This document shows, piece after piece, positions 36,777 through 47,724 of a stretch of 64,000 nucleotides of DNA; positions within the stretch are counted from its first letter, which is position 1; every line of letters starts with the position of its first letter. The translations under genes were made by a program, and so were the position numbers. This DNA is from Gordius albopunctatus (Eukaryota). The notes beneath the pieces were generated by a model. That model was not told where the DNA came from. It did not search any database and worked only from the letters and a program-made list of their open reading frames with translations. The stretch covers positions 11,284,001 through 11,348,000 of the forward strand of contig OZ193909.1 of the NCBI GenBank assembly GCA_964276515.1, given 5' to 3'.

Positions 36777-36849
36777 CCAACGCTTGGTGAATTCCGCTTC
36801 ACAATGATAGGGAGAAGCGACATCGAAGGATCGAAAAGCAACGTCGCTA
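36777..36849 (-). rRNA. 28S rRNA fragment (domain V, peptidyl-transferase region, about 73 nt)
   Basis: Minus strand tagcgacgttgcttttcgatccttcgatgtcg..cctatcattgtgaagcggaattcaccaagcgttgg matches conserved eukaryotic LSU sequence. Confidence 0.93.
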
Positions 36850-37105
36850 GCTTAACTGCTGTACTCAGATTTGAAATGACAACCAACGGAGACCAAAATT
36901 TGCAGAACAATTAATATCGCTTCTTTTACTTTTATGGTTGTTGTTGATAGTTGTTAATATGTTTTTGGATCTATTTTTATTAATTTTTTTAATTAGCTGT
37001 TATGAACACTTAAATTTAGGATTGCCTAAAATACTCAAGTTCAGCTTTAGTAAAATAAGATTATTTTGTTATATTTTTTTAGATTACTGTATTAACACCA
37101 AGTGA

Positions 37106-37271
37106 CATGGGCGTAGCCAGCAGTGAAATTAGAGGGGGGCAATAATGATTTTGAGAGGGGCAAAATGATCATTCTTTAAAATTTTAGCCATAATTTTAAT
37201 AAATTTCCACAATTTTTTGCATTTAGAGGGGGGAAGCCGTCTCTCCCTGCCCCCTATTGGCTTCGCTCATG
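37106..37271. mobile_element. Short hAT-type MITE (CATGGGCGTAGCC family)
   Basis: TIR catgggcgtagcc...ggcttcgctcatg; TSD ccaagtga/ctaagtga; relatives near 42006, 54500 and at 57905-58047. Confidence 0.7.
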
Positions 37272-37439
37272 CTAAGTGAAGAGGATGATTATATTATAAA
37301 TGGCAATGGAAGCAATTCAGAAGATATAGAATGAACTTGTACAAAATTGGACAAAACCAAATAATTATGTAGTATAAAATTCAAGAATATTCTAAATTTG
37401 AAATAGGTAAATATTAGACTACCTAGTAAAAACAAATTT

Positions 37440-38491
37440 TTATAAACGTGGCTAGCTCCCATATGTCTTTTCCGAACTCTTTTACCTAATTAGTTCATCC
37501 GCCACTAACAGTGGCAGGCGCTTCCGGGTGGAACCTAGACAGGCCTTGGTTGTTACGTGACCGATAATCTTTATCTCCTTGCCGCCGAACGCATATACGG
37601 AAGGTCTCGGGTTTGTTTGCACTGGTAAGCGCTCCTTCCACAGGTTAGCCGGCACGATTGTAACGGTGGAGCCCGTGTCCATAGAGGAGTTTTCAAGGTG
37701 TTATTAACATATAAATCAATAGTCATTAGTGAAAATATCTAATGCATGACCGAACCTGGTCATATTCGGGCCCGTACTCGTCGCGTCGACCGCAAATGCC
37801 TCGTCCACTGGCTGGTGCATTGTCCTTGGGCCTTCGCCGATTGACTCCCGACCTAGGGCGATCTCCACGGCATTGTCCCATTTGAGATCCCTCTCGGCCA
37901 TCAACGAAGCGTGCACCGTTGGATCGTGGTGTCGTAGAATTAGCTGATCGATTATCCTGGCCGATAATTCCCCAAGATGAAAACCGCAGTCTTTTGAGGC
38001 TTGCTTGAGCCTGCGTATGAACTGCATCAGCTCCTCACCCTGAATTTGTCGAATATTTCCAAAAATAAATCTTTACGCAAGAGGACAGGTCTGCCTATTA
38101 AATACCTTCTTCGCTCTCCTGGTCGCTTCTTCAAACGCCCATTCGGTAGGGTTATCTGGGTATGCGTCGTCCGCGATAACTCTAAACGCCTCCGCCGATA
38201 AAGAACTTAGCAAGCTGCACGTTTTCTGGGTATCCGATAACGTCCCGGACTGTGCCTTGATGTTGCCTCGAATTGAAATATAATTCCATGTCGGTTCTAA
38301 CGATCCTATTTACGACGCCAATGTTAAAGGGTATTTGAATTTATTATAAATCAATGGGGTATAACTACGTTACAAGTAACACGCGCGAGAAGAGAACAAA
38401 AGCGATCGAACATACCATAATAAGGAAAACGCAAGAGGAAAGAACCAAAATATATAATCACGTAGTGTATCCTTTTACTCCACAGGCAACA
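37440..38491 (-). mobile_element. Gypsy (Mag-like) 5' portion: LTR, PBS, gag and protease pseudogene
   Basis: TG...CA segment about 38323-38491 followed on the minus strand by PBS-like tggcgtcgta; gag FIRRLKQASKDCGF..IIDQLIL..LMAERDLKWDNAVEIA; protease MDTGSTVTIVP. Confidence 0.82.
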
Positions 38492-41418
38492 TAGAACTTT
38501 AGCATAAATTACACATCGTCAGTTATCCTCTACAATTGACATATTTAATAACTCTTGAGTCAGGAATTGCTTGATTTAATTGCAAGTATCTATCCAGTTT
38601 TATATGCCATTATGTGATAAATAATCTTAGAGTATATGCCATTTTGTGATAATAATTTAACTTAGCGATTAAAATTTCAGATCGCTGCAGTATGATAGAT
38701 TGCATAATCTATTTATGAACAATATATGACATATAATCTGTACAAAATATAATATCACTAAACCTCTTTTTTGTCGAGTTTAAACAGTTATAACCTGTAT
38801 ATTGTTACCAATCTAAAGATAATCCGAACCATATGATAATTTACCTTTCAAGTCAACCGGTCAGCCGAACAACCACCTAATCTCACCTAAACTCCCGTTC
38901 ATTGCAAATTTTTCAAGTGTGTAACTTTTATAATTATTAGCACATATATATTATATAGCTTATCCAAATTATGGGTGAATTCCTGGGCCTCTGCAAACAT
39001 TGGATATAAAAAATATTGCTATAGATCATTATAATCACATATATAAGTATTTACAAGCCCATGATTTACTTTCTGTATTTATACTCGATTAGGACTATCA
39101 CTTATTTGTTGAACAATTTTTTTCCTATAGCTGTTTGTCACATTTAGTGGTCAGCTCCTTCAAGTATATTCTCCGTGTATTCCTACACTTACACCAGCTT
39201 CGCTTTGGCTCGTACCTTCTTAAGTCCATATCTATTTTATGCTTCCATGTCAGTTTAGGTCTCCCTCTCTTTCGCTTACCTTCTACTTGCACTTTCTTGA
39301 TACGATTTGCCAAGTGACTTTCCTCCCGTCTCTCCAAATGGCCATACCATCTCAATCTTCTTACTACCAACTTTCTCTGAATTGGAACTACATTTAGTTT
39401 ATCCCTTATGTCTTGATTCCTTATATGGTCCTTTTTGCTAATTCCCAAGATCCATCTTAAAATTCGCATCTCCATTGTAGCCAAGCTTTGCTTCTCTTAC
39501 TCCAAGCATACATATTCAGTTTTATCTCGGTTGACCCTAAGGCCTTTGCTTTAAATTCGTTCCATCCACACTTTTACCTGCTCTGCTAATTCCACGTTTG
39601 AGCCTGCGCACAGGCCGATATCATCTGCAAAGACCATTGCCCAAGGTGATTCGCGTTTCAGATCCTTCGTTATTGAATCCATTATTGTTATGAAGAGCAA
39701 TGGACTTAGGGCCGATCCTTGATGCACACCGACATTTAGACCGAATCCCTTTGATGTACCACTGGATTTCCGAACTTTGGTTTTTGCGTTTCTATACATA
39801 TCATTAATTAACATTATATAAGCGTCGGGTACACCATTGGAATTTAGGCTATCCCATATCAACTGCCTTGACACTTTATCGAAAGCTTTCTCAAGATCGA
39901 TGAAACTAGTGTTGTAAAAACGACTGGCTGGTTTTACCCAGCGTATTGCTAAGCTTAGTTGTTGGCGTTTTTTTCCACCCAGCCTCTTCAGTGTTAGGTG
40001 AATTTTCTTGGGAGGGCTTTGGTGTTTTCGTAAAAAACACCCAAAGCGTTTTGGGTGAATTTTTATGGGCCACATTTGGCGTTTAGGTTTAAGTGGATTA
40101 AAAACCTAAAGGGTTTGGGTGGATACTATTATTAACCTTTTGGTTTGGTCTTGGTCGTTTTGGGTTGGGCATGCAAATATATCAATTTGTTTGTATTGTT
40201 ATCATATTTGCTGTATTTAGATTTAGGTAATGAACTTTTAATTTAAGAAAATAAAAATAGATGTATCATGACGTCACTGATTGGACACTTTTTCCATTGT
40301 GACGTCATAATGAAAAGTATTATAATCGAATCTCTAGTAAATTATAGTTAATTATTATGCTTTATATGTTTTATTTATGAAAAAAATTTTGTGAAGATTT
40401 GCCCCGCCCTTATTTTTTACCTTCTTTCTCACCTGGGTATGGAACGGTGGGTAAGTGGGGTGTTTTGGCCCCCCCCCTTATTTTTTACCCTCTTTCTGAT
40501 GCGGGGGAAAGGGGTGGCATGGGAGGTGTTTTGCCCCCCCCCTCCCCTAATTTTTTACCCTCTTTCTGATGCGGAGGAGAGAGGGGCATTCTCCCCCCCC
40601 CAGCCTTATTTTTTACCTTCTTTCTCATTTGGGTAGGAGGGTGTTTTGACCCCCCCCTGAATTTTTAACCCTCTTTTTGATGCGGGGGAGAGGGGGCAGG
40701 GGGCTTTTTGCCCCCCCTTATTTTTCACCCTCTTTTTCACCCGGAGAGGGGGGGGGGGTAGGTCATTTGGCCCCTGCCCCTTTTTTATCATTTTAAATGA
40801 CAATAAATAGAAAACGATTATAAAGTGAGATTTATCTGGTTATTCGAGAGCAGATTTTGAATTCGATCATTCATTTCAAAATTAATATTTTAAAATTCTT
40901 TATTCTAAATTAGTGACAGCTAACAGATCCCCCTCTAAATATTCCCGGTATTTTTATTAAAATTATCAATAGCAATTTTAATCACAAAATTTAATTTCGA
41001 ATATATTTTGAATTCCTCGCCTCTTGTAAAAGATAAAGACTTGTTAATTATATAATGTCTCTTTTATTTTATATTTGTAGCATTTTAAATTAATTGTATT
41101 AATTAAATTCATATTATTAAGCTATATTTTTAATATCAGAGAACAACATCACGCGCGACTCAGACATATCACCACCCCATGAACTAATCCACCCTCTTTC
41201 TCCCTTCTCTCGTTGCAATGTGCTTGTGCAATACCAGATTTAAACCTATCAGATTTAAGTTAAGTACTATACTAAATATATAAATCATGGCACAACAAGG
41301 CGGCATGGTGGGGCGTGGGCTGGCTAGGCTCTTTATTATATTATTTTACATTCATTTCTTTTTTAACGTATAAAATTTCTAATAATTGTTACGATTTCGA
41401 CTCTAACTCTAACTCTAC

Positions 41419-42595
41419 TAGTGGTGGGAAAACGCTTAGCACTAGCGCGCTTAGCACCTCCCCGCTGATGGGAATAGCCTATTAAATACGCTATGTCTAC
41501 TAGCACATAGTCACTTTAAGTGCTATAAGCTATAGGAGATGGGAGGTTTGAGGTGCTAGAGCTATGGGAGATGGGAGGTTTGAGGTGCTATGAGCTATAG
41601 GAGATGGGAGGTTTGAGGCGCTATGTGCTATAGGAGATGGGAGTTTGAGGTGCTATGTGCTATAGGAGATGGGAGTTTGAGGTGCTATGTGCTATAGCCG
41701 ATTGCACTTAAATGCGCTACTTCTATAGCACCGGCGCTAACACTGGGAATAATTTCAATGAAAACAATAGAGTATAATATGAACTTGTGTGTAATCTAAT
41801 AAACAATTTTCCATTAAAAATATATTGTTCGAAAAAACAAAATTAAAAAAGGGTGTTATTTAACTGCTAAGTAAATAATTACAAACAGACTGTCTGAGTC
41901 TGAGTACGCAAACGCATAAAAGTTCACTCAATAGTATTGTTTTCCTTTTAATTTAAACATATTAACTTAAGGAAAGGGGGAGTTTAATTTTTTTATTCTC
42001 AAAAACATGGGCGTAGGGCATAACTAGGTTTTGAATTAAGGGGGGGGGGCAAACGGTTAAAATAGAAGTTGAATTAGGGAGGGGCTAAATAAAAAAAAAT
42101 TATTAATTTGTAAGGGTTTTTTTACATTGGAAAAATTTTTTTTCCGTCATTCAGAGGGGGGCGGGGCGACTTATTGATAAAATAAATGTAGAAGCAATGC
42201 AAAATAAAATTAAAGTCATACATTTAATTAAATTTATATTAAAATAAGTCGTAGTTAGATGGTAAGATAGGGCAAAAAAATTATATTCAGATGTATTTTA
42301 ATATTTAATAAAATCAAAATAAACAATTAAAAAAATTATTCCCAGTGTTAGCGCCGGTGCTATAGGAGTAGCGCATTTAAGTGCAATCTCCTATAGCACA
42401 TAGCACCTCATACCTCCCATCTCCTATAGCACATAGCACCTCAAACTCCCATCTCCTATAGCTTATAGCACCTCAAACCTCCCATCTCCTATAGCTTATA
42501 GCACCTCAAACCTCCCATCTCCTATAGCTTATAGCACTTAAAGTGACTATGTGCTATAGCTTTAGCTCCTTAAAAACGCTATTTCCCCATCACTA
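41419..42595. mobile_element. Nested hAT MITE with about 30-bp subterminal tandem repeats in inverted orientation
   Basis: Termini tagtggtggg...cccatcacta; TSD aactctac; gctataggagatgggaggtttgaggtgcta repeats on the left, their complement on the right. Confidence 0.9.
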
Positions 42596-43189
42596 AACTC
42601 TACTATGGATATGGATGAAAAGGAAAGTGAGGCTTTTTCTTATGTTTATGTCAACTACTAATTAAGTCATAAGCAATTAGAAAATTAGGTTTCTTATTAA
42701 ATAATAAGCAATAATTTAAATTAAGATGCATAACTCATTTTTGTTACTCAGAAAAGTCCTATATTTTTATGATCCTTATAAGCATTGTAAACGCGAGGTC
42801 TAAGTCAACAGTACATAGAGTGTTGGTGTCTTGTGAAAGCATAGTAATTAATAGCATGATATGCTTTTTGCAAATACCTTAGTTGTTTCCATTAAATGCC
42901 CAACAGTAAAACTTACTTACCCATGATGGCAAATATTTTTTAAATTGGTAAAATTTCATATAAATATTATATTTAATAATACAGCTTATTTCTTAAATGA
43001 AGTTAAATTAAAAAAATTGATTCTAATTGATATGGTATATTAAGACAATTGTTGACCGCAAATCTTCAAAAATATTTTTCTAATATAAGACTATTTTCAA
43101 AAAAAAATATTAATAGAAAATGTTGATTATGACATTGGTCACCACTGTAACAGCAAAAATTCGCAAAAATATTTTGAAAGGGTTAAAAA

Positions 43190-43920
43190 GGGCTTTCCGC
43201 CTCTCCCCCCCTTCTGGGTGAGAAAGACGGTAAAAAATAAGAAGAGGGGTGAATCACCCCTCCCCCTCTCCCCGGCATCAGAAAGAGGGTAAAAATAGGT
43301 GGGGGGGGGGGGGCAAAACACCCCACCTGCCCCCACCCCCTCTTCCACCGCATCAGAAAAAGGGTAAAAAAATGGGGGGGGGGGGGGGTAAAACACCCTC
43401 TATGCCCCCCTCTCCTCCGCATCAGAAATAGGGTAAAAAATGGGGGGGGGGGGTAAAACACCCTCTATGCCCCCCTCTCCTCCGCATCAGAAAAAGGGTA
43501 AAAAAATGGGGGGGGGGGGTAAAACACCCTCTATGCCCCCCTCTCCTCCGCATCAGAAATAGGGTAAAAAATGGGGGGGGGGGCAAAACACCCCTCATGC
43601 CCCCCCCCCCTCTGGTGAAATAGGGTAAAAAATAAGGGGCGGGGCAAAACACCCCACTTGCCCCCACCCCCTCTTCCCCCGCATCAAAAAAAAGATAAAA
43701 AATGGGGGGGGGGGTAAAACACCCTCCATGCCCCCCCCTCTCCTCCGCATCAGAAAGAGGGTAAAAAATTGGGGGGGGGGGCAAAACACCCCCCATGCCC
43801 CCCCCCTTTCCCCCTCATCAGAAAGAGGGTAAAAAATAAGGTGGGGGGCCAAAACACCTCACCTACCCACCGTTCCATACCCAGGTGAGAAAGAAGGTAA
43901 AAAATAAAGGGGGGGGGCAA
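43190..43920. repeat. About 63-70-bp G-run/C-run minisatellite (mirror array at 40400-40780)
   Basis: Repeating gcatcagaaa.agggtaaaaaatggggggggggg.aaaacaccc...cccccctctcctcc. Confidence 0.9.
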
Positions 43921-46629
43921 ATCTTCACAAAAATTTTTTCATAAATAAAACATATAAAGCATAATAATTAACTTTAATTTACTAGAGATTCGATTATAAT
44001 ACTTTTCATTATGACGTCACAATGGGAAAAGTTTCCAATCAGTGACCTCATGATACATCTATTTTTATTTTCTTAAATTAAAAGTTCATTACCTAAATCT
44101 AAATACAGCAAATATGATAACAATAGTAACAAATTGATATATTTGCATGCCCAACCCAAAACGACCAAGACCAAAAGGTTAATAATATTATCCACCCAAA
44201 CCCTTTAGGTGTTTAATCCACCCAAACCTAAACGCCAAAGCCCTCCCAAGAAAATTCACCTAACATGAAAAGGCGGGGTGGAAAAAAACGCCAAAGCTTG
44301 CAGGCGACCAATGGAAACCCTTGGTTTTTCACAACACTAGATGAAACACATATGAAGATCCTTTTTTTTCCTTATATAATTCCATAAGTCTCCTAAGACA
44401 TTGCATCTGAAGTCGACTTTCCAGGCATGAACCCAAATTGTCGTTCATCTATTGATATTATTTTTCGGAGTCTAGCTTCTATAACGTTTTCACACACCCT
44501 CATTACGTGACTCGTTAACTTTATCACTCGATAGTTGTTGCATTCTTGTACATCTCCCTTTAATTTATAGATAGGTATAACATAGCTTTCCCTCCACTCA
44601 TCAGGCATCATACCACTTGCAAGTATTTTGTTAAACAGCTTTTGCAAGTAGATGTACACCTAAGGGTCCTAGCATTTTAAAAACTTCCATAGGTATATTA
44701 TCAGGTCCCACCGTTCAACCCATAGTCATCTTTTTAAGCACCTGGTCAACCTCTTCCTCTGTCACTTCTAACTCTGGGTCATATTCATAGGTATTGATTT
44801 CGTAGTGGTCCAAAAACACTTTTTCACTGTTTAATAATTCTTTATAGTATTCTTCTCAACGATCTATGATTTGATGGTGCAGAGTTAGACTGATGCTTTC
44901 CTTGCTCTTTATAGATTTCACGTTTACAACATCCTTTGAGTTCCTTGCTCTGGTCTTTGCGATTTTGTAGATCATTCTTTCACCTTCTTTCTGGTTAACT
45001 TGGCATTCAAATTTTCGTAGACCTCTGTTTTAGCCTTGGCTACACAACGTTTTGCCTCGTTTTTAGCTTTCGCATATGCCAATCGTGTTTCTTCATTTCT
45101 GTTGCCTGACCATAATTTATAAAGCTTTCTTTTCAACCTGACCAGGCGTTGCACGTCTTCGTTCCACCACCATGTCTCCTTATCTTTTTGTATACCTGGT
45201 TTACCTTCTCCTAGAACACATCTCGCTACTGATCGTACCGTGTTAGCTATGTTATTCCACATATCGTTAGCATTCTGCTAATCATCTATTTGCAGCCTTT
45301 TAACTATTGGATCATTGTAAATATCTTTCAATTTTGGTAGTCGGAACCATTTGATTTTCCCATTTAATCTCTTCGGCTTTTGTGTTTTAGCCTTGGAGAT
45401 GATATAGTCCATCACAACAAGTCTATGCTGGGCTGCAATAGCTTCACCTGGTATCACCTTACAATCTAGTACATTCTTTAATTCCTTTCTTGATATTAGG
45501 AGGAAGTCAATCTGCGAAGATCAATTTTCACTTTTGTACGTTATTAGGTGATTTACATTCTTTTTGAGGAAGGTATTTGTGATGGCCAAATAAAATGCTA
45601 CGGCTATTTTCAATATTTCGTCGCCTTTATCGTTTCTCACTCCGTATCCATTTCCACCATGGTACTGTTCAAATCCTTCTCTTGTTTTGCCTACATGACC
45701 ATTCATACCCGCTTCAATTATAACTATCTTAGTTTTGGGTATAATTCGCAGCGTTTTGTCTAATTCTTCCCGAAAGTCCTCCTTTTCTTCATCTGTGCAT
45801 CCTGTTTGTGGAGCATATCCGGAAACTACATTAATCATTTGACCTTCTTTGCATAGTTTCAACATCATTAGTCGCCAATTTTTCTTTGTACCTCAATGAC
45901 TTTATCTTGCAGATGGGAAGCTAATATGATTGCCACGCCATTTTTATTCGTTTCTAGGCCATTGAAGTAAAGTTTATAGCCTTCACCCATCATCCTCGCT
46001 TTTGCGCCTTTTAATCTTGTTTCCTGTATGCACGCTATATCGACCCATCGCTTGCTGAGGGTGTCAGCAACCTCTCGGCATTTTGCAATCATCGTTCCAA
46101 CATTTAGCTAGCACACTCTCAATCTCGTCTTTAGCAAACTAGTTTCTTTAACTACATCCGTTTGCGGAAGATGTAGTGACCCTCGTTGACTTTTCACAGG
46201 ATACGGGCGCCTACTATCCGTTTCGTTTACGGAGGACGCCCAAGCGTTTTCTTACTTTCATTATTACGAACTTTCATAGTATACATTTTGGTTTATAGAA
46301 ATACCTTGTAGTGATGGTTGAGCTTGTGTACTCTCGTGATCCAAGAAGCTATACCTTTGGTAGCCAAACACAATTTTTGTGTTTGTTTCTGGTGGGGTCA
46401 CCCTATTGGCAAGGTACCCTGTGGAGGGTCAGACTAGAAATGTAAGTGCTTGATTAAGCCTATCAATACGAGTGGTCTAAAGAAAAGTTTAATTCACCAA
46501 AATGACGCCATCATAAAGAATAGTAGGTAGTCAAGCGCCAAAATCTAACATAGTCCCGTCAGACTTGGAAGGCTGGGATATCAATACTCCCTCACTCCAT
46601 ATAAACTATTTGTTGAACAATAAAAAATA

Positions 46630-47000
46630 AAATTATTTGCAAAATATTTGTAATACATAGCAAAATGTCATGTTTATACTGATTTTTAGGGTTATAAACT
46701 AAATTATTTTTAAATTTCCAAATGTGGACAGTATAAGTATTAAGGTTTAAGGATTTGTAAAATATACATACGATAATATCATGTTTATATAGATTTTTAT
46801 GGTTAGAAACTAAGTTATTTTCAAATTTCCCAAAATGTGTAGAGTATAAGTATTCAAGTTTAAGATTTGTAATACATACCAAAATGTCATGTTTATATAG
46901 ATTTTTAGGGTTAGTAACAAAGTTATTTTCAAATTTGTAATATTTACCAAAATTTTATTGTCATGTTTAAGATTTTTAGGGTTATAAACTGTTATTTTCT
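46630..47000. repeat. Degenerate AT-rich tandem repeat (about 80-120 bp, about 4 units)
   Basis: tcatgtttata..gatttttagggtta.aaact recurs near 46668, 46779, 46887, 46961. Confidence 0.75.
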
Positions 47001-47724
47001 ATATTATAAAAGATCAGCACAGTCTGCAGCAACATGTGATTTTTTTGAAGGGTGTCATAATTTATAATTAAAAAATTTTAAGTGTGATTCTAAATATGTT
47101 GTGATTAATAACAGATGTAGGCGGTTATACTCAACTTTTTTAGGAAATGTTGCATACAAAGTGGATAAAACGTTAAATGTAAGAATTAGGGAGTAAAATT
47201 AGTTTACGGCTATAATGATATCACTTCAGCGTTTTAATTGACTTTAAAAGCTAGCATATTATACAATTTACACTGATATAAAATATTATATTCTTATATC
47301 TTAGACTAATATATATTGTGCCATTCTTACCTTACAAAGAAAACTGCAATATTATACATTTATACTCAACATAAAATAATCTATTACATTCATGTATTTT
47401 CTTTAAGTAGTTAAATAGTGTGCTATTTATAGCTTCTTATATTTATATTCATTTTAATAATTATAACATTATGCAAATTTAGTTTTATAATCGTATGTTC
47501 ATATGTTTTAAAAGCATTAACAACGACATCCATCTATCGTTTTGTTCAGTTGTATGGTTTGTCGGTTGACTCGGATTCCTGACCATATGATAATTTAAAA
47601 TTGTTGGATTAACAAAATTGGTGAAGGGATTTTGCGTTTTTTGGCTTATTGAAGCCCCGAGGCTAAAACTTTCAGACGAAATGTAATAAATACTAAATAT
47701 ACATTCTTAATGTTTGCAGTTTTT

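Larger units (their letters stand above)
39907..44339. mobile_element. Large non-coding foldback-like hAT element with long inverted arms and G/C-rich arrays
   Basis: TIR tagtgttgtaaaaa...tttttcacaacacta; TSD gatgaaac splits the RT CVFIDLEK codons; 40080-40780 is mirrored by 43190-44240. Confidence 0.92.
39118..46606 (-). mobile_element. Near full-length RTE LINE (decayed APE + RT) with inverted 5' UTR, interrupted by a 4.4-kb hAT element
   Basis: 15-bp TSD tatttgttgaacaat (39103-39117 and 46607-46621), short A tail; IQET, GYAPQ, WWWN, QFGFMPG, FIDLEKAFD, HQGS, FADD, RLRWYGH motifs with stops and frameshifts. Confidence 0.93.

Noticed and set aside
35133..36849. Functional rDNA unit
   Set aside because: Partial, MITE-interrupted, carries indels and lacks spacers.
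41520..42540. About 30-bp regularly repeated units resembling CRISPR repeats
   Set aside because: Head-to-tail with no spacers; they are subterminal repeats of a TSD-flanked MITE.
43139..43852. Pro/Gly-rich ORFs (also 2227-2442 and 40391-40803)
   Set aside because: Translations of G/C homopolymer arrays inside hAT elements.
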